This document shows positions 18,158 to 27,444 of a DNA stretch of 64,000 bases, one piece after another. Origin of the DNA: an uncultured Pseudomonadota bacterium (lineage in GTDB: Bacteria; Oederibacteriota; Muellerivitia; Muellerivitales; Muellerivitaceae); contig CAWIIP010000004.1 in assembly GCA_963836235.1 (NCBI GenBank), forward strand, positions 448,001 through 512,000, given 5' to 3'. Made by a program: the position numbers and the translations under genes. The notes below the pieces were generated by a model. The model saw only the letters and a program-made list of their open reading frames with translations, had not been told where the DNA came from and did no database searches. The stretch's first letter is position 1. Each line of letters begins with the position of its first letter.

Positions 18158-18760
18158 ATGAAATTAAATAAATTTTTTTTTCTTTTAAAAGTGGCCGGGT
18201 GCTTTCTTATTCTGGTTTTTGCTGGGTTCTTTGGTGAGATTCTTTATTGTTTCTTCATTTTTTCGGAGATTGAGGCTCAACCGAAGGAAGGTTACGACCT
18301 TGTCTTGATGTACACCGGAACCAGCGATCTTAAAAAAACTGTGAACCTAGCCTTGTCGGGCCGTACCCCTCTTTTTGTGTCAGGCGCGGGTGAATCCGAA
18401 TTGGCAATATCAAAGGCTCAAACTATTATGGGGAATTTTTCCGTCATCTATGATCCCCGTGCCCTCACCACCGACCAGAACGCCCGTTATACGGCCCCCT
18501 TTATCCGGAAGAAAGGCTGGCAACGTGTCCTGCTGGTGACCGGATGGGACCATTTGCCGCGCGCTCTCTTTCTGACCCGCTTTTACCTGATAGGGTCGGG
18601 TGTTACGGTGATCCCTTGCGCCAACGGCCCGGCGCCTAAAGACTGGTGGCGGTATCAACAGGCTTGGGTTCAGCTATTTAAATTTTGGGGAAGCTTGGGC
18701 CGAATCGTTTTGCATGAAGTTGGAATTGATAATTGGCCTCCTCCTGAATGGATGCCATAA
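18158..18760 (+). CDS. YdcF/DUF218 family protein, copy 1
   Basis: N-terminal TM, SGAGE, RALTTDQNA, LLVTGWDHLPRA. Confidence 0.75.
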   Translation: MKLNKFFFLLKVAGCFLILVFAGFFGEILYCFFIFSEIEAQPKEGYDLVLMYTGTSDLKKTVNLALSGRTPLFVSGAGESELAISKAQTIMGNFSVIYDPRALTTDQNARYTAPFIRKKGWQRVLLVTGWDHLPRALFLTRFYLIGSGVTVIPCANGPAPKDWWRYQQAWVQLFKFWGSLGRIVLHEVGIDNWPPPEWMP

Positions 18761-18894
18761 TAAATTTTTGGACGGGAGTGCCGGTTTTATTTATTGCGTT
18801 TTGCAGAGTATCTATGAATACATGATTCGGGTCAAAATGCGGGAATCGAGGCTTCGGAAGAAGGGGATTCCGGCTTGAAAATGAAAAGAAACCA

Positions 18895-19494
18895 ATGAAA
18901 TCCTTTAGGCTGACCGCTTATAAAGCGGTTGGAATGATCTTGGCCCTGGTTTTTGCCGCCTTTATGGCCGAGCTTCTTTATTTTTCGGGGGTCTATTCGG
19001 AACTGATGGTTCCACCGTCTAAAGATTATGACCTGGTCTTGTTGTATACCGGTACCAGCAACCGTAAAGAAGGTATTGACCTAGCATTGGCTGGCCACAC
19101 ACCCCTATTCGAATCTGGCGCGATTGAATTCGGACAAAATTTATTCGAAACCCAAAAAATAATGGGAACCCTGCCTTTCATTGACGACCCCCGCGCCCAA
19201 ACTACCGACCAGAACGCGCGGTACACGGCCCCTTTCATCCGGGAGAAAGGTTATCATCGTGTCCTGCTCTTAACCGGCTGGGACCACCTTCCCCGCGCGC
19301 TTTTTTTGACCCGCTTTTACTTGATGGGATCTGGCGTTACCGTGATCCCCTACGCCAACCACCCGCCCCCCAAAGACTGGTGGCGTCACTCACGGGCCTG
19401 GATTCAGCTTTTCAAATTCTGGGGAAGCCTGGGCCGGATCGTTCTGCATGAGGTTGGAATAGATAACTGGCCTCCTCCTGAATGGATGCCTTAA
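18895..19494 (+). CDS. YdcF/DUF218 family protein, copy 2 (tandem paralog)
   Basis: RAQTTDQNA, LLLTGWDHLPRA; C-terminus QLFKFWGSLGRIVLHEVGIDNWPPPEWMP identical to copy 1. Confidence 0.75.
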   Translation: MKSFRLTAYKAVGMILALVFAAFMAELLYFSGVYSELMVPPSKDYDLVLLYTGTSNRKEGIDLALAGHTPLFESGAIEFGQNLFETQKIMGTLPFIDDPRAQTTDQNARYTAPFIREKGYHRVLLLTGWDHLPRALFLTRFYLMGSGVTVIPYANHPPPKDWWRHSRAWIQLFKFWGSLGRIVLHEVGIDNWPPPEWMP

Positions 19495-19774
19495 CAAAAT
19501 TTTGGATGTTTTCAGAAATAGTTGGGGCAAGTATCCCGCATTTATTCTGATTGAATACAGCTTGATTCGCACGACTGTGTCATTTTTACCCAGATCATAA
19601 AAAAAATCGTCCTGATCGGTTTTATTTTTTGATCGGAATTCATACTGCCCATATAATTAGATATAATTTCAGGGTTGGAGTTTAATGATAAACTCCTGAA
19701 TAAATCCTCGATTGTCTAAGGAAGAACGGGCCTTTCCCGTTCCACGAATTTGTGGTGATCGATTTGGAGTCAGA

Positions 19775-20980
19775 ATGAAAACCCTCGTTCTCTACCAATA
19801 TTACGCCCCGGATGATGTGATCGGCGCCCAGCAGTTCACGGGTTTGGCCGAGGGTTTGGCGGCGCGGGGGTATGAAGTGGAAACCTGGCCCTGCAACCGC
19901 AGCCGACATCTTCAACAAGATTCCTACACGCTTAAGCCGACCGAAATCAACGGCGTCACCGTAAGGCGGGTATGGCGGCCTGATTTCAACCAGGGCCGTT
20001 TCTTGGGGCGGATTGTGAACGCCCTTTGGATGGAGGCGGCCTGGGCCCTTCGCGCCCTCTTCGCGCGAAAAGCCCCCGACACCGTCATCATTGGGGCCGA
20101 CCCGATTTTCGGGCTCTTGCTGGTTCCTTTTTTCAAGCTTCGCTGGCCCCGAACCAAGATCGCCCATTGGTGCTTCGACCTTTACCCTGAATATCCCATC
20201 GCGGAAGGGATGGTCAAGGAAAAGGGGTTCTTGGTGCGGGTTTTAAGAGTTCTCTTGAGGCCCGCTTACGCCAAATGCGACCTCATCGCCAATCTGGGTT
20301 CCTGCATGAAGGAAAAGTTATCCCTTTATCCCATCAGCCACTCGGCTACTTTGACCCCCTGGGCCCAGGAAGAACCGCCCCAGCCGCTTCCGTTCGACAC
20401 CCAAGAAAGGGTGGAGCTGTTCGGGGATTCGCCCTTGGGCATCCTCTACTCCGGCAACCTGAGCCATCCCCACCGTTTCGACCTCACCTTGGAGCTGGCC
20501 CGGAAAATGGGGAACTCCGCCGTTTTCGCCTTCAGCGTCCGGGGAAACCGGGTGAGCGATCTAAAGGCCGCCTTGAAACCGGGGGATACCAATATTCGTT
20601 TTACGGAATTTGCGTCCCAAGAAAAACTGGCGGTAAGGCTTTCAGCGCCGGATGTGCACCTAGTCTCTTTGAAATCCTCCTACATGGGCGTGGCGGTACC
20701 TTCCAAGTTTTTCGGGGCGCTGGCCGTCGGCAGGCCTATCCTCTTTGAGGGGGACGAGGATTCTTCCATCGCCCGATGGATCAGGGAATATGAGCTGGGT
20801 TGGGTTCTCAATTCGGGCAACCTCGAGGAAATGGTTTCGGAGTTGGAAAAATTTTCCAGCTGTCCCACGAGAAAAGCGGCGGTATTCAAGCATTGCCATC
20901 AGGTTTACCAGGAACGTTTCACCAAAAAGACAGTGGTGGATATTTGGGAAAGAGAATTAAACGGCCTGTTGGCGTCCTGA
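19775..20980 (+). CDS. GT4 glycosyltransferase (WcaI/WbuB-like), copy 1
   Basis: QYYAPD, WCFDLYPE, YSGNL, VPSKFFGALAVGRP; ATG 19775 has a GGAG Shine-Dalgarno. Confidence 0.85.
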   Translation: MKTLVLYQYYAPDDVIGAQQFTGLAEGLAARGYEVETWPCNRSRHLQQDSYTLKPTEINGVTVRRVWRPDFNQGRFLGRIVNALWMEAAWALRALFARKAPDTVIIGADPIFGLLLVPFFKLRWPRTKIAHWCFDLYPEYPIAEGMVKEKGFLVRVLRVLLRPAYAKCDLIANLGSCMKEKLSLYPISHSATLTPWAQEEPPQPLPFDTQERVELFGDSPLGILYSGNLSHPHRFDLTLELARKMGNSAVFAFSVRGNRVSDLKAALKPGDTNIRFTEFASQEKLAVRLSAPDVHLVSLKSSYMGVAVPSKFFGALAVGRPILFEGDEDSSIARWIREYELGWVLNSGNLEEMVSELEKFSSCPTRKAAVFKHCHQVYQERFTKKTVVDIWERELNGLLAS

Positions 20981-21110
20981 AATAATCCAATCATGATGGT
21001 TCATGCGTTTTGTTGTTTGTCCGGTATGGTTGATTCTCAAAAGACCCCTTAGAAAATCCGCTTTCCCCATTGGAATTTGGCAAAATGGGGTTTACCCATT
21101 CGGGGTCAAA

Positions 21111-21139
21111 TTGATTCGGGCATTCCTTCCTGCTAAACT
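21111..21139 (+). promoter_or_regulatory. Sigma70-like promoter for the ParE/RelE module
   Basis: TTGATT (21111-21116), 17 bp spacer, TAAACT (21134-21139); AAGGAG Shine-Dalgarno downstream. Confidence 0.6.
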
Positions 21140-21166
21140 AGTTTTCCAAAATCAAGGAGAGAACCT

Positions 21167-21355
21167 TTGTCCAAGGCTATGAAAAAAGAGGAAGCCCACA
21201 AACTCATCGATCAAATGCCGGCGAACGCCACATGGGATGATTTGATGCATGAGATTTACGTTCGCGAAGCCGTTGAACGGGGGTTGGCCGACAGCGAAGC
21301 CGGACTGACAAAGGACGTGGCGGAGGTTCGGGCGAAATACGGCCTTTCGGGATGA
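21167..21355 (+). CDS. Small antitoxin
   Basis: 62 aa, LIDQMP..ATWDDLM.EIYVRE.VERGLAD; ATGA overlap with the toxin gene. Confidence 0.72.
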   Translation: MSKAMKKEEAHKLIDQMPANATWDDLMHEIYVREAVERGLADSEAGLTKDVAEVRAKYGLSG

Positions 21356-21633
21356 ATGTCCGCTGGACGCGTACGGCCGAAGGCCATCTCGACGCTATTC
21401 ATGCCCATATTGCCCGCGATTCTAATGAGTATGCCCAAAGAATGGTCGACCGGCTTACCACCAAGTCACGCCAAATAGCTGAATTTCCCGCCTCGGGCCG
21501 TAAAGTTCCTGAATTTGCGGCCGATCAAATCCGTGAAGTCATTGAAGGGTCTTTTCGTATCATCTATCAGATCAAGACGGATCAGATAGACATTTTGGCG
21601 GTGGTTCATGGCGCTATGGATATCAACTTATGA
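21352..21633 (+). CDS. RelE/ParE-family toxin
   Basis: VRWTRTA..HL..I..HIA.DS, FPASGRKVPE, FRIIY, ILAVVHG. Confidence 0.85.
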   Translation: MNVRWTRTAEGHLDAIHAHIARDSNEYAQRMVDRLTTKSRQIAEFPASGRKVPEFAADQIREVIEGSFRIIYQIKTDQIDILAVVHGAMDINL

Positions 21634-21649
21634 AAGGCATTAAAATCAA

Positions 21650-22663
21650 ATGAGTAAATTAAGAAAGGCCTTTATCACCGGTGTTACCGGCCAGGACGGT
21701 TCTTGGTTGGCGGATTTTCTTCTGGAAAAGGGCTACGAAGTCCATGGGATGGTCCGCCGTTCCTCTTCCTTTAACACCGCCCGGGTGGACCATATTTACC
21801 AGGACCCCCATGAGAAGGGCCGCCGGTTTTTCCTCCATTATGGGGACTTGACCGATTCCTCAGGGCTTTTCAAGCTTCTGCATGAAATCAAACCCGACGA
21901 AATCTACAACCTGGGGGCGCAAAGCCACGTCCGGGTTTCCTTCGACCAGCCCGAATATACGGGAGAAGCCACCGGGGTCGGTACCATCAAACTGTTGGAA
22001 GCCATGCGCTCGGCCTGTCCCAAGGCCCGGTTTTACCAGGCCAGCAGTTCGGAGCTTTACGGCGGCTTGGATTGCCCCAAGAAAGGCTATAACGAAAACA
22101 GCCCCTTTTATCCCCGCAGTCCCTATGGGGTCGCCAAGATTTACTCTTTTTGGGCTGCCAAAAACTACCGGGAAGCCTATGGGCTTCACATTTCCAACGG
22201 CATCCTTTTCAATCATGAAAGCGAGCGCCGGGGCGAAACCTTCGTGACCCGCAAGGTCACCCGGGCGGTGGGTCGTATTAAGGTGGGTTTGCAAAAGGAC
22301 CTGTTTCTCGGGAACTTGGAGGCCAAGAGGGACTGGGGCGACGCCAAGGAATTCGTGCGGGCCATGTGGCTGATGCTGCAAAAACCCAAGGCCGATGATT
22401 ACGTGGTGGCCACGGGGGAGAGCCATTCGATCAAGGAACTATTGGAAGTGTCTTTCGATCGCGTGGGACTTTCCTGGAAGAAGTTCGTCAAATTCGATTC
22501 CCGCTATTTGCGCCCGACGGAAGTGGATTTCTTGAAAGGGGACTCCTCCAAGGCCCGGCGGGTTCTGGGTTGGAAAAACGAGACCTCCTTCGAGGGCTTG
22601 ATCCAGCGCATGGTGGACCACGACCTGGAATTGGCCCATCGGGAAAAGAAGCGGGATTCCTAA
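21650..22663 (+). CDS. gmd: GDP-mannose 4,6-dehydratase
   Basis: [55 protein letters not shown]. Confidence 0.97.
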   Translation: MSKLRKAFITGVTGQDGSWLADFLLEKGYEVHGMVRRSSSFNTARVDHIYQDPHEKGRRFFLHYGDLTDSSGLFKLLHEIKPDEIYNLGAQSHVRVSFDQPEYTGEATGVGTIKLLEAMRSACPKARFYQASSSELYGGLDCPKKGYNENSPFYPRSPYGVAKIYSFWAAKNYREAYGLHISNGILFNHESERRGETFVTRKVTRAVGRIKVGLQKDLFLGNLEAKRDWGDAKEFVRAMWLMLQKPKADDYVVATGESHSIKELLEVSFDRVGLSWKKFVKFDSRYLRPTEVDFLKGDSSKARRVLGWKNETSFEGLIQRMVDHDLELAHREKKRDS

Positions 22664-22694
22664 TCCCGGCTTTTCCAAGGCGGGATTCTGTCGC

Positions 22695-22730
22695 TTGACC
22701 GGACGAACTCAAGAGGTCATCATAAGGTCA
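22695..22730 (+). promoter_or_regulatory. Probable leaderless promoter with TGACC/GGTCA operator half-sites
   Basis: TTGACC (22695-22700), 17 bp spacer, CATCAT (22718-22723), 6 nt, then ATG 22730; GGTCA at 22715 and 22726 are inverted relative to TGACC at 22696. Confidence 0.45.
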
Positions 22731-22999
22731 TGAAACACAGTAAGAAATCATCGGTTCAAATGGCGGACTTTAAGGCGCATTTGAGCCGCTATATGCGGGA
22801 TGTCCGGCATGGGCTCCGCCTTACCCTCCTTGACCGGCACATGCCGGTGGCGTTGGTGGTGCCCTATTCCGGGAACGCGGGCAAACTGACCGTGCGTCCG
22901 GCGCTTCGTTCTCCCGGCGAGGTCAAACTGCCGGCTCCGATGAAGAAAAAGGTGGATGTGGTCCGCTACGCCGCGGAAGAACGCCAGCGTTACCGTTGA
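22730..22999 (+). CDS. Phd/YefM-family antitoxin (no intact cognate toxin)
   Basis: V.MADFKAHLSRYMRDVRHG..LTLLDR..PVALVVP; C-terminal EER. Confidence 0.8.
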   Translation: MKHSKKSSVQMADFKAHLSRYMRDVRHGLRLTLLDRHMPVALVVPYSGNAGKLTVRPALRSPGEVKLPAPMKKKVDVVRYAAEERQRYR

Positions 23000-23062
23000 A
23001 CGCCTAGGGGTCGGCCTTCTCGTGGCGTAATAGTGTCCATGATTGAGTTTTCTCAAGGCCTA

Positions 23063-23091
23063 TTGCCCGGTGTCAGCGGGGAAGATATACT
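23063..23091 (+). promoter_or_regulatory. Probable leaderless sigma70 promoter
   Basis: TTGCCC (23063-23068), 17 bp spacer, TATACT (23086-23091), 6 nt, then ATG 23098; no Shine-Dalgarno. Confidence 0.55.
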
Positions 23092-23097
23092 AAAATC

Positions 23098-23280
23098 ATG
23101 ACACTAAAAGCCCTTGAAAAAGCCGTTCGGAAACTCAAACCCGAGCAACAACGTAAATTCCTGAGGGATCTTCCTGCCATCATCCGTCTGCCCCACGACG
23201 ACATGGCCCGCTTAAAGGCCGCCGAAAAATCATTCGCTTTTTGGGATAACCCCCAAGACGCTGTTTATGACCGCCTTTAA
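23098..23280 (+). CDS. Small antitoxin paired with PemK/MazF
   Basis: 60 aa ending [16 protein letters not shown]; overlaps the toxin by 14 nt. Confidence 0.72.
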   Translation: MTLKALEKAVRKLKPEQQRKFLRDLPAIIRLPHDDMARLKAAEKSFAFWDNPQDAVYDRL

Positions 23281-23614
23281 GCGCGGGGATATCGTCCTTG
23301 TGGCTTTCCCATTTACGGATTTGACTACAGCAAAAATGCGTCCAGCATTGGTGATTTCCGCTGATTCATTCCAGCGATCGGGTATGGATGTTGTTTTAAT
23401 TGGTATTACCTCCCAAATTCCGAAAAAAATCCCTTCAACCGATTATCCGTTATCTCCTGAGGACCAACGGCAAGGAGGGCTTCCTAAACCATCCCTTGTC
23501 CGGTTGGGAAAAATTGTTACTTTGGACCAAAGGCTGATACGGAAAAAACTCGGGCATGTTTCGGCGGAAACTTTGAACCGACTGATCCTGGATTTACACA
23601 AACTACTGAGCTGA
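23267..23614 (+). CDS. mazF: PemK/MazF-family endoribonuclease toxin
   Basis: [16 protein letters not shown]...[27 protein letters not shown]. Confidence 0.88.
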   Translation: MTAFKRGDIVLVAFPFTDLTTAKMRPALVISADSFQRSGMDVVLIGITSQIPKKIPSTDYPLSPEDQRQGGLPKPSLVRLGKIVTLDQRLIRKKLGHVSAETLNRLILDLHKLLS

Positions 23615-23652
23615 ATGTTCTGGATTTATCATCTCAAGGAGAATTTATTAAA

Positions 23653-24588
23653 ATGAAGATTTTCATCGCGGGGCATAGGGGCATGGTGGGGTCGGCCCTG
23701 GTGCGACGGTTCCAGGACGAAAAGGGTGTGGAGTTGCTTTTGCGGGACCGTTCACAACTGGACCTTCGCGACCCAAAGCAGGTCTTCGATTTTTACCAAA
23801 AGGAAAAACCCGATACCGTCATCGTGGCCGCCGCCAAGGTGGGCGGGATCATGGCCAATAACACTTATCCCGCCGAGTTCCTTTACCAAAACCTGGCCAT
23901 CGCGGTAAACAGCATCGAAGGGGCTTACCAGGCTGGGGTGAAGCGGCTTTTGTTTTTGGGGAGTTCCTGCATCTATCCCAAACTGGCGCCCCAGCCCATG
24001 CCGGAGGATTGCCTTTTAACCGGCCCCCTGGAACCCACCAATGAAGCCTACGCGGTGGCCAAGATCGCCGGCCTCAAGCTTTGCCAATATTACCGGAAGC
24101 AATATGGCGTCCTATTCCATTCGGCCATGCCCACCAATCTCTATGGCCCCGGGGACAATTACGACCTTAAAAACTCCCACGTTTTGCCGGCCCTGATCCG
24201 GCGGTTCCACGAGGCCTGGGAAACGAAGGCGCCCCTAGTGACTTTGTGGGGAACGGGGAGCCCGAAACGCGAATTCCTGCACGTGGACGACCTGGCGGAC
24301 GCCTGCGCCTTTCTCCTCAAGCTGGAAAATCCCCCGGATTGGGCCAATGTGGGGACGGGCGTGGACGCGACCATTCAATCCCTTGCGCACTTGATCGCTC
24401 AAATGTCGGATTATGAGGGAAAGGTCGAGTGGGACTCCTCCAAGCCCGATGGAACGCCCCGGAAACTGCTGGATGTTTCCCGGCTGGCCCAATTGGGATG
24501 GAAAGCCAAGATCAGCCTTGAAGATGGCATCAAGCAGACCTACCGGGATTACCTGGAAGAAAAAGCCACGGGCAAAATCCGGGAATGA
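23653..24588 (+). CDS. fcl: GDP-L-fucose synthase
   Basis: [62 protein letters not shown]. Confidence 0.97.
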   Translation: MKIFIAGHRGMVGSALVRRFQDEKGVELLLRDRSQLDLRDPKQVFDFYQKEKPDTVIVAAAKVGGIMANNTYPAEFLYQNLAIAVNSIEGAYQAGVKRLLFLGSSCIYPKLAPQPMPEDCLLTGPLEPTNEAYAVAKIAGLKLCQYYRKQYGVLFHSAMPTNLYGPGDNYDLKNSHVLPALIRRFHEAWETKAPLVTLWGTGSPKREFLHVDDLADACAFLLKLENPPDWANVGTGVDATIQSLAHLIAQMSDYEGKVEWDSSKPDGTPRKLLDVSRLAQLGWKAKISLEDGIKQTYRDYLEEKATGKIRE

Positions 24589-25496
24589 TGCGGTTTAAAA
24601 TCGAAAATTTTTTCTATTCAAATAAAGTTAAGGTTCGATTTAGATATCTATCCCTGAAACCGGTTTTTCTTTGGGTTGTCCTTTTCTTTTTTTATTCATG
24701 GGGCGGTTTTGCGCCTCTTCCTGCTTTTGCCGATGAAAGTCCCTGGACCTTTTTACCCCTGGAGCCCCAATTCGCCCCATTGATCGGCGATTACCAGGAA
24801 CCCAATGTCAGTGTTATCCCCCATTTGAGCGAGCAGGCTTTTGAGGGGAATGTGGGCGGAACCGCCGAGCTCATCCGGTGGAAATCGGCGGAGGATATGC
24901 AATGGGGAGTGGGGGTTTTTGGCGGGGCTTTTTTTCTTTTTCAGGACGCGGGCCTTTCCACCTTACGAGTCGTTGATTGGACCAGCGGTTTTTATTTGAG
25001 CGAAAAAACCGGCCTCTTTTCTTTCCGCGCCGAGTTCCAGGATGAAAAGTCCGACCTGGGCGACGAGTATGAATATGTATCCACAAATGCCCTGCCTTCT
25101 TATGATTGGCATAACAACAATTTAACGGTGGCCTTTAATCCAACCGATCAATTTCGACTTTTCGCTGGCGGCGGGGCCAAGGTTTTTTGGGAAGTTTATG
25201 ATCCAACCGAGAGCCTGGCTTTCGTTTTTGGCGGGGCCGAAGCTTATTCCAACCCTTTCCCTTTTTTAAGCCCTTTCTGCCGAGCTTATGGAACCTACTA
25301 CCTCAAATACCAGGACCAAGACGGCGGTATCGTTGACCAAGAATTTCAATTGGGCCTGCAGTTTAAAGGCGACGCGGATCAGCGCCGGGCCTTGCGTTTG
25401 GCCGTCCTTTATTATCTAGGACATGCCGATTACGGGTTGTTTTCGGATCAACCCAATACCCACTATTTTGGTTTCGGGTTATTTATCGACCCGTGA
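24585..25496 (+). CDS. DUF1207-like putative outer-membrane protein, copy 1
   Basis: Signal peptide (..PAFA), [26 protein letters not shown]-terminal FGFGLFID; start uncertain. Confidence 0.55.
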   Translation: MMRFKIENFFYSNKVKVRFRYLSLKPVFLWVVLFFFYSWGGFAPLPAFADESPWTFLPLEPQFAPLIGDYQEPNVSVIPHLSEQAFEGNVGGTAELIRWKSAEDMQWGVGVFGGAFFLFQDAGLSTLRVVDWTSGFYLSEKTGLFSFRAEFQDEKSDLGDEYEYVSTNALPSYDWHNNNLTVAFNPTDQFRLFAGGGAKVFWEVYDPTESLAFVFGGAEAYSNPFPFLSPFCRAYGTYYLKYQDQDGGIVDQEFQLGLQFKGDADQRRALRLAVLYYLGHADYGLFSDQPNTHYFGFGLFIDP

Positions 25497-26371
25497 AAGA
25501 AAAAACGATGGTTAAAATATTCCTGCTCCTCTTCACTTTCGGCTTTTACGCTGGCGCGTTTAGGTTTGCCATGGCCCAAGAAGGAAATTGGGCATTTTTG
25601 CCACCCTCTAATCTCTTCAAACCCTTGCTAGCCGATCCCCGCGAACCGAACAATAGCCTTGAGGTTTCGAGGGATACGACCCGGTATGACTTATCCTTGG
25701 GTGGCTCCATGGATCTCGTTCAATGGAATCTTGCCCAGGATAATCACTGGGGTGTGGGAATCATGGGGGCGGGTTATTTGTTGATCGCCCGGTATGATTG
25801 GGCGAGCTACCGTCTTGAGGACAGCGATTTGTGGTATGGCCTCTATATCTGCCAATCCTCCGGAAAGCTATCCAACCGATTCGAATACCAACATGGAAGC
25901 TCCCATTTGGGGGATTGGCTTTTTGGAACCGCCGGAACATCCTTTAGTATTTATGGGCAGACTTTTACGGAAGAACAAGCTTTCCCTTACGAGCGCGATT
26001 TAATTCAATGGACCGCTTCTTACCAGCCTTTTGATTTTTTGAGGGTTTGTGGCGGATTGGGTGATTGGCTTTACGCAACTCCCACGATTCAAGCCCTTTT
26101 CCCGCATTTAGAAGTTGAGGCTTTTTCAGGTTACAGTGAAATCATCGGAGTGTTTGTGCGTGCTTTTTTTGCCTATGACTTGAAAAGGGGAGACCTTATG
26201 AGCGGGATTACCGACCAAAACTTTAAATTGGGAATCCAAATGAAGCCATCAAAAGAAAGTCTTTCTGAACTTCATCTGGTCTTGGATTATTACAATGGGA
26301 ATAGCGAATACGGACAGTTTTATTTGCAAAGGGATAATCATTTTGGAATTGAAATTTCATTTTTGCCTTGA
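25493..26371 (+). CDS. DUF1207-like putative outer-membrane protein, copy 2
   Basis: Signal peptide (..FAMA), LFKPLLADPREP, YQHGSSHLGD, YYNGNSEYGQFY, C-terminal FGIEISF. Confidence 0.65.
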   Translation: MKEKTMVKIFLLLFTFGFYAGAFRFAMAQEGNWAFLPPSNLFKPLLADPREPNNSLEVSRDTTRYDLSLGGSMDLVQWNLAQDNHWGVGIMGAGYLLIARYDWASYRLEDSDLWYGLYICQSSGKLSNRFEYQHGSSHLGDWLFGTAGTSFSIYGQTFTEEQAFPYERDLIQWTASYQPFDFLRVCGGLGDWLYATPTIQALFPHLEVEAFSGYSEIIGVFVRAFFAYDLKRGDLMSGITDQNFKLGIQMKPSKESLSELHLVLDYYNGNSEYGQFYLQRDNHFGIEISFLP

Positions 26372-26589
26372 AATACATTGGGATATCATTGTCATGCCCG
26401 TGGCTTGGATCGTGAGCAGGTCCAGAGGAATTTATGAAGTGTGATATTAAAATTCAACTTAACTCGAAGAACGATATTCGTTCAAACGCAGATGGGTTCC
26501 CTTTTTTTTCCACGTTCTTTGCAGTAAATTAGTTTTGAGGTCGAACCACCCTTTCCCGCGCGAAAATATAGGGAAAAGGCCCTATTTCC

Positions 26590-26618
26590 TTGCTTAAAAG
26601 GGCTAAACACAGTAATAT
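26590..26618 (+). promoter_or_regulatory. Candidate sigma70 promoter of cassette 2
   Basis: TTGCTT (26590-26595), 17 bp spacer, TAATAT (26613-26618). Confidence 0.4.
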
Positions 26619-26665
26619 TCATTAACTTTTCAAGGTTTTTAAAACTCCAGGCTTAAAGCTGAAAA

Positions 26666-27433
26666 ATGAGAATGACCACACTACACCTTACACGTTTTCT
26701 GGCCCTTTTCTTGGCCTTTTCCATGGTTTTCACCCCTATCCTGCCCTTATGGGCCGCCGAGATGGATGATAGCCCGGCGAAGGCTAATCTTGATTACCCC
26801 CCCCTCCTCATTGGCCCGGGCGACATGCTTACCATTACGGTTGTAGGCTATCAAAACCATGGGGGAATGAGCGGGGCAACGGCTTTTACTAACAATAGCG
26901 TGGATCTCCCGACTGAATACTTGGTGGACAGCAACGGGGATATCCTTTTTCCCTTTATCGGGAAAGTGAGTCTTTTAGGGATTTCCCAAATCGATGCCAG
27001 CAATAAAATCATGAAAAAGTTATCCCAATTCCTTAAGTTTCCCCAGGTCACCGTCCTGATCAAGTCGACCAATAGTTATAACATCTCGGTTTTGGGCCAA
27101 GTTGCCCATCCTGGTGAATACTTGATCCGAGGGCAGGCTACTTTCCTTTCCTCCATCTCGGAGGCGGGGGGGCCGGTCGAAAACGCCGATTTGGGCGGTA
27201 CGATCCTCATCCACAAAGGGAAAAAAACAAAATTGGACTTGGGCAAATATCTCTTAGACAAAAATTTTAATGGAGTGGATCCCTACGTCTATCCGGGCGA
27301 TATCATTATGGTTCCCAAGAGCGGATGGCCTTCCGTCGCCGAATGGGCCGTGATCGCGGGCATCCTCTCCAGCGCTGTTATTGTTTTCACTTATGTTCAT
27401 CCGCTCAATAATTCCAATAACAGCGGAAATTAA
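26666..27433 (+). CDS. wza: Polysaccharide export (OPX) protein, copy 2
   Basis: IGPGDML.I.V.G, VDSNGDILFPFIG, GQVAHPG, SEAGG, YPGDII.VP; colinear with 1522..2268. Confidence 0.9.
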   Translation: MRMTTLHLTRFLALFLAFSMVFTPILPLWAAEMDDSPAKANLDYPPLLIGPGDMLTITVVGYQNHGGMSGATAFTNNSVDLPTEYLVDSNGDILFPFIGKVSLLGISQIDASNKIMKKLSQFLKFPQVTVLIKSTNSYNISVLGQVAHPGEYLIRGQATFLSSISEAGGPVENADLGGTILIHKGKKTKLDLGKYLLDKNFNGVDPYVYPGDIIMVPKSGWPSVAEWAVIAGILSSAVIVFTYVHPLNNSNNSGN

Positions 27434-27444
27434 GAGAGAAATTC

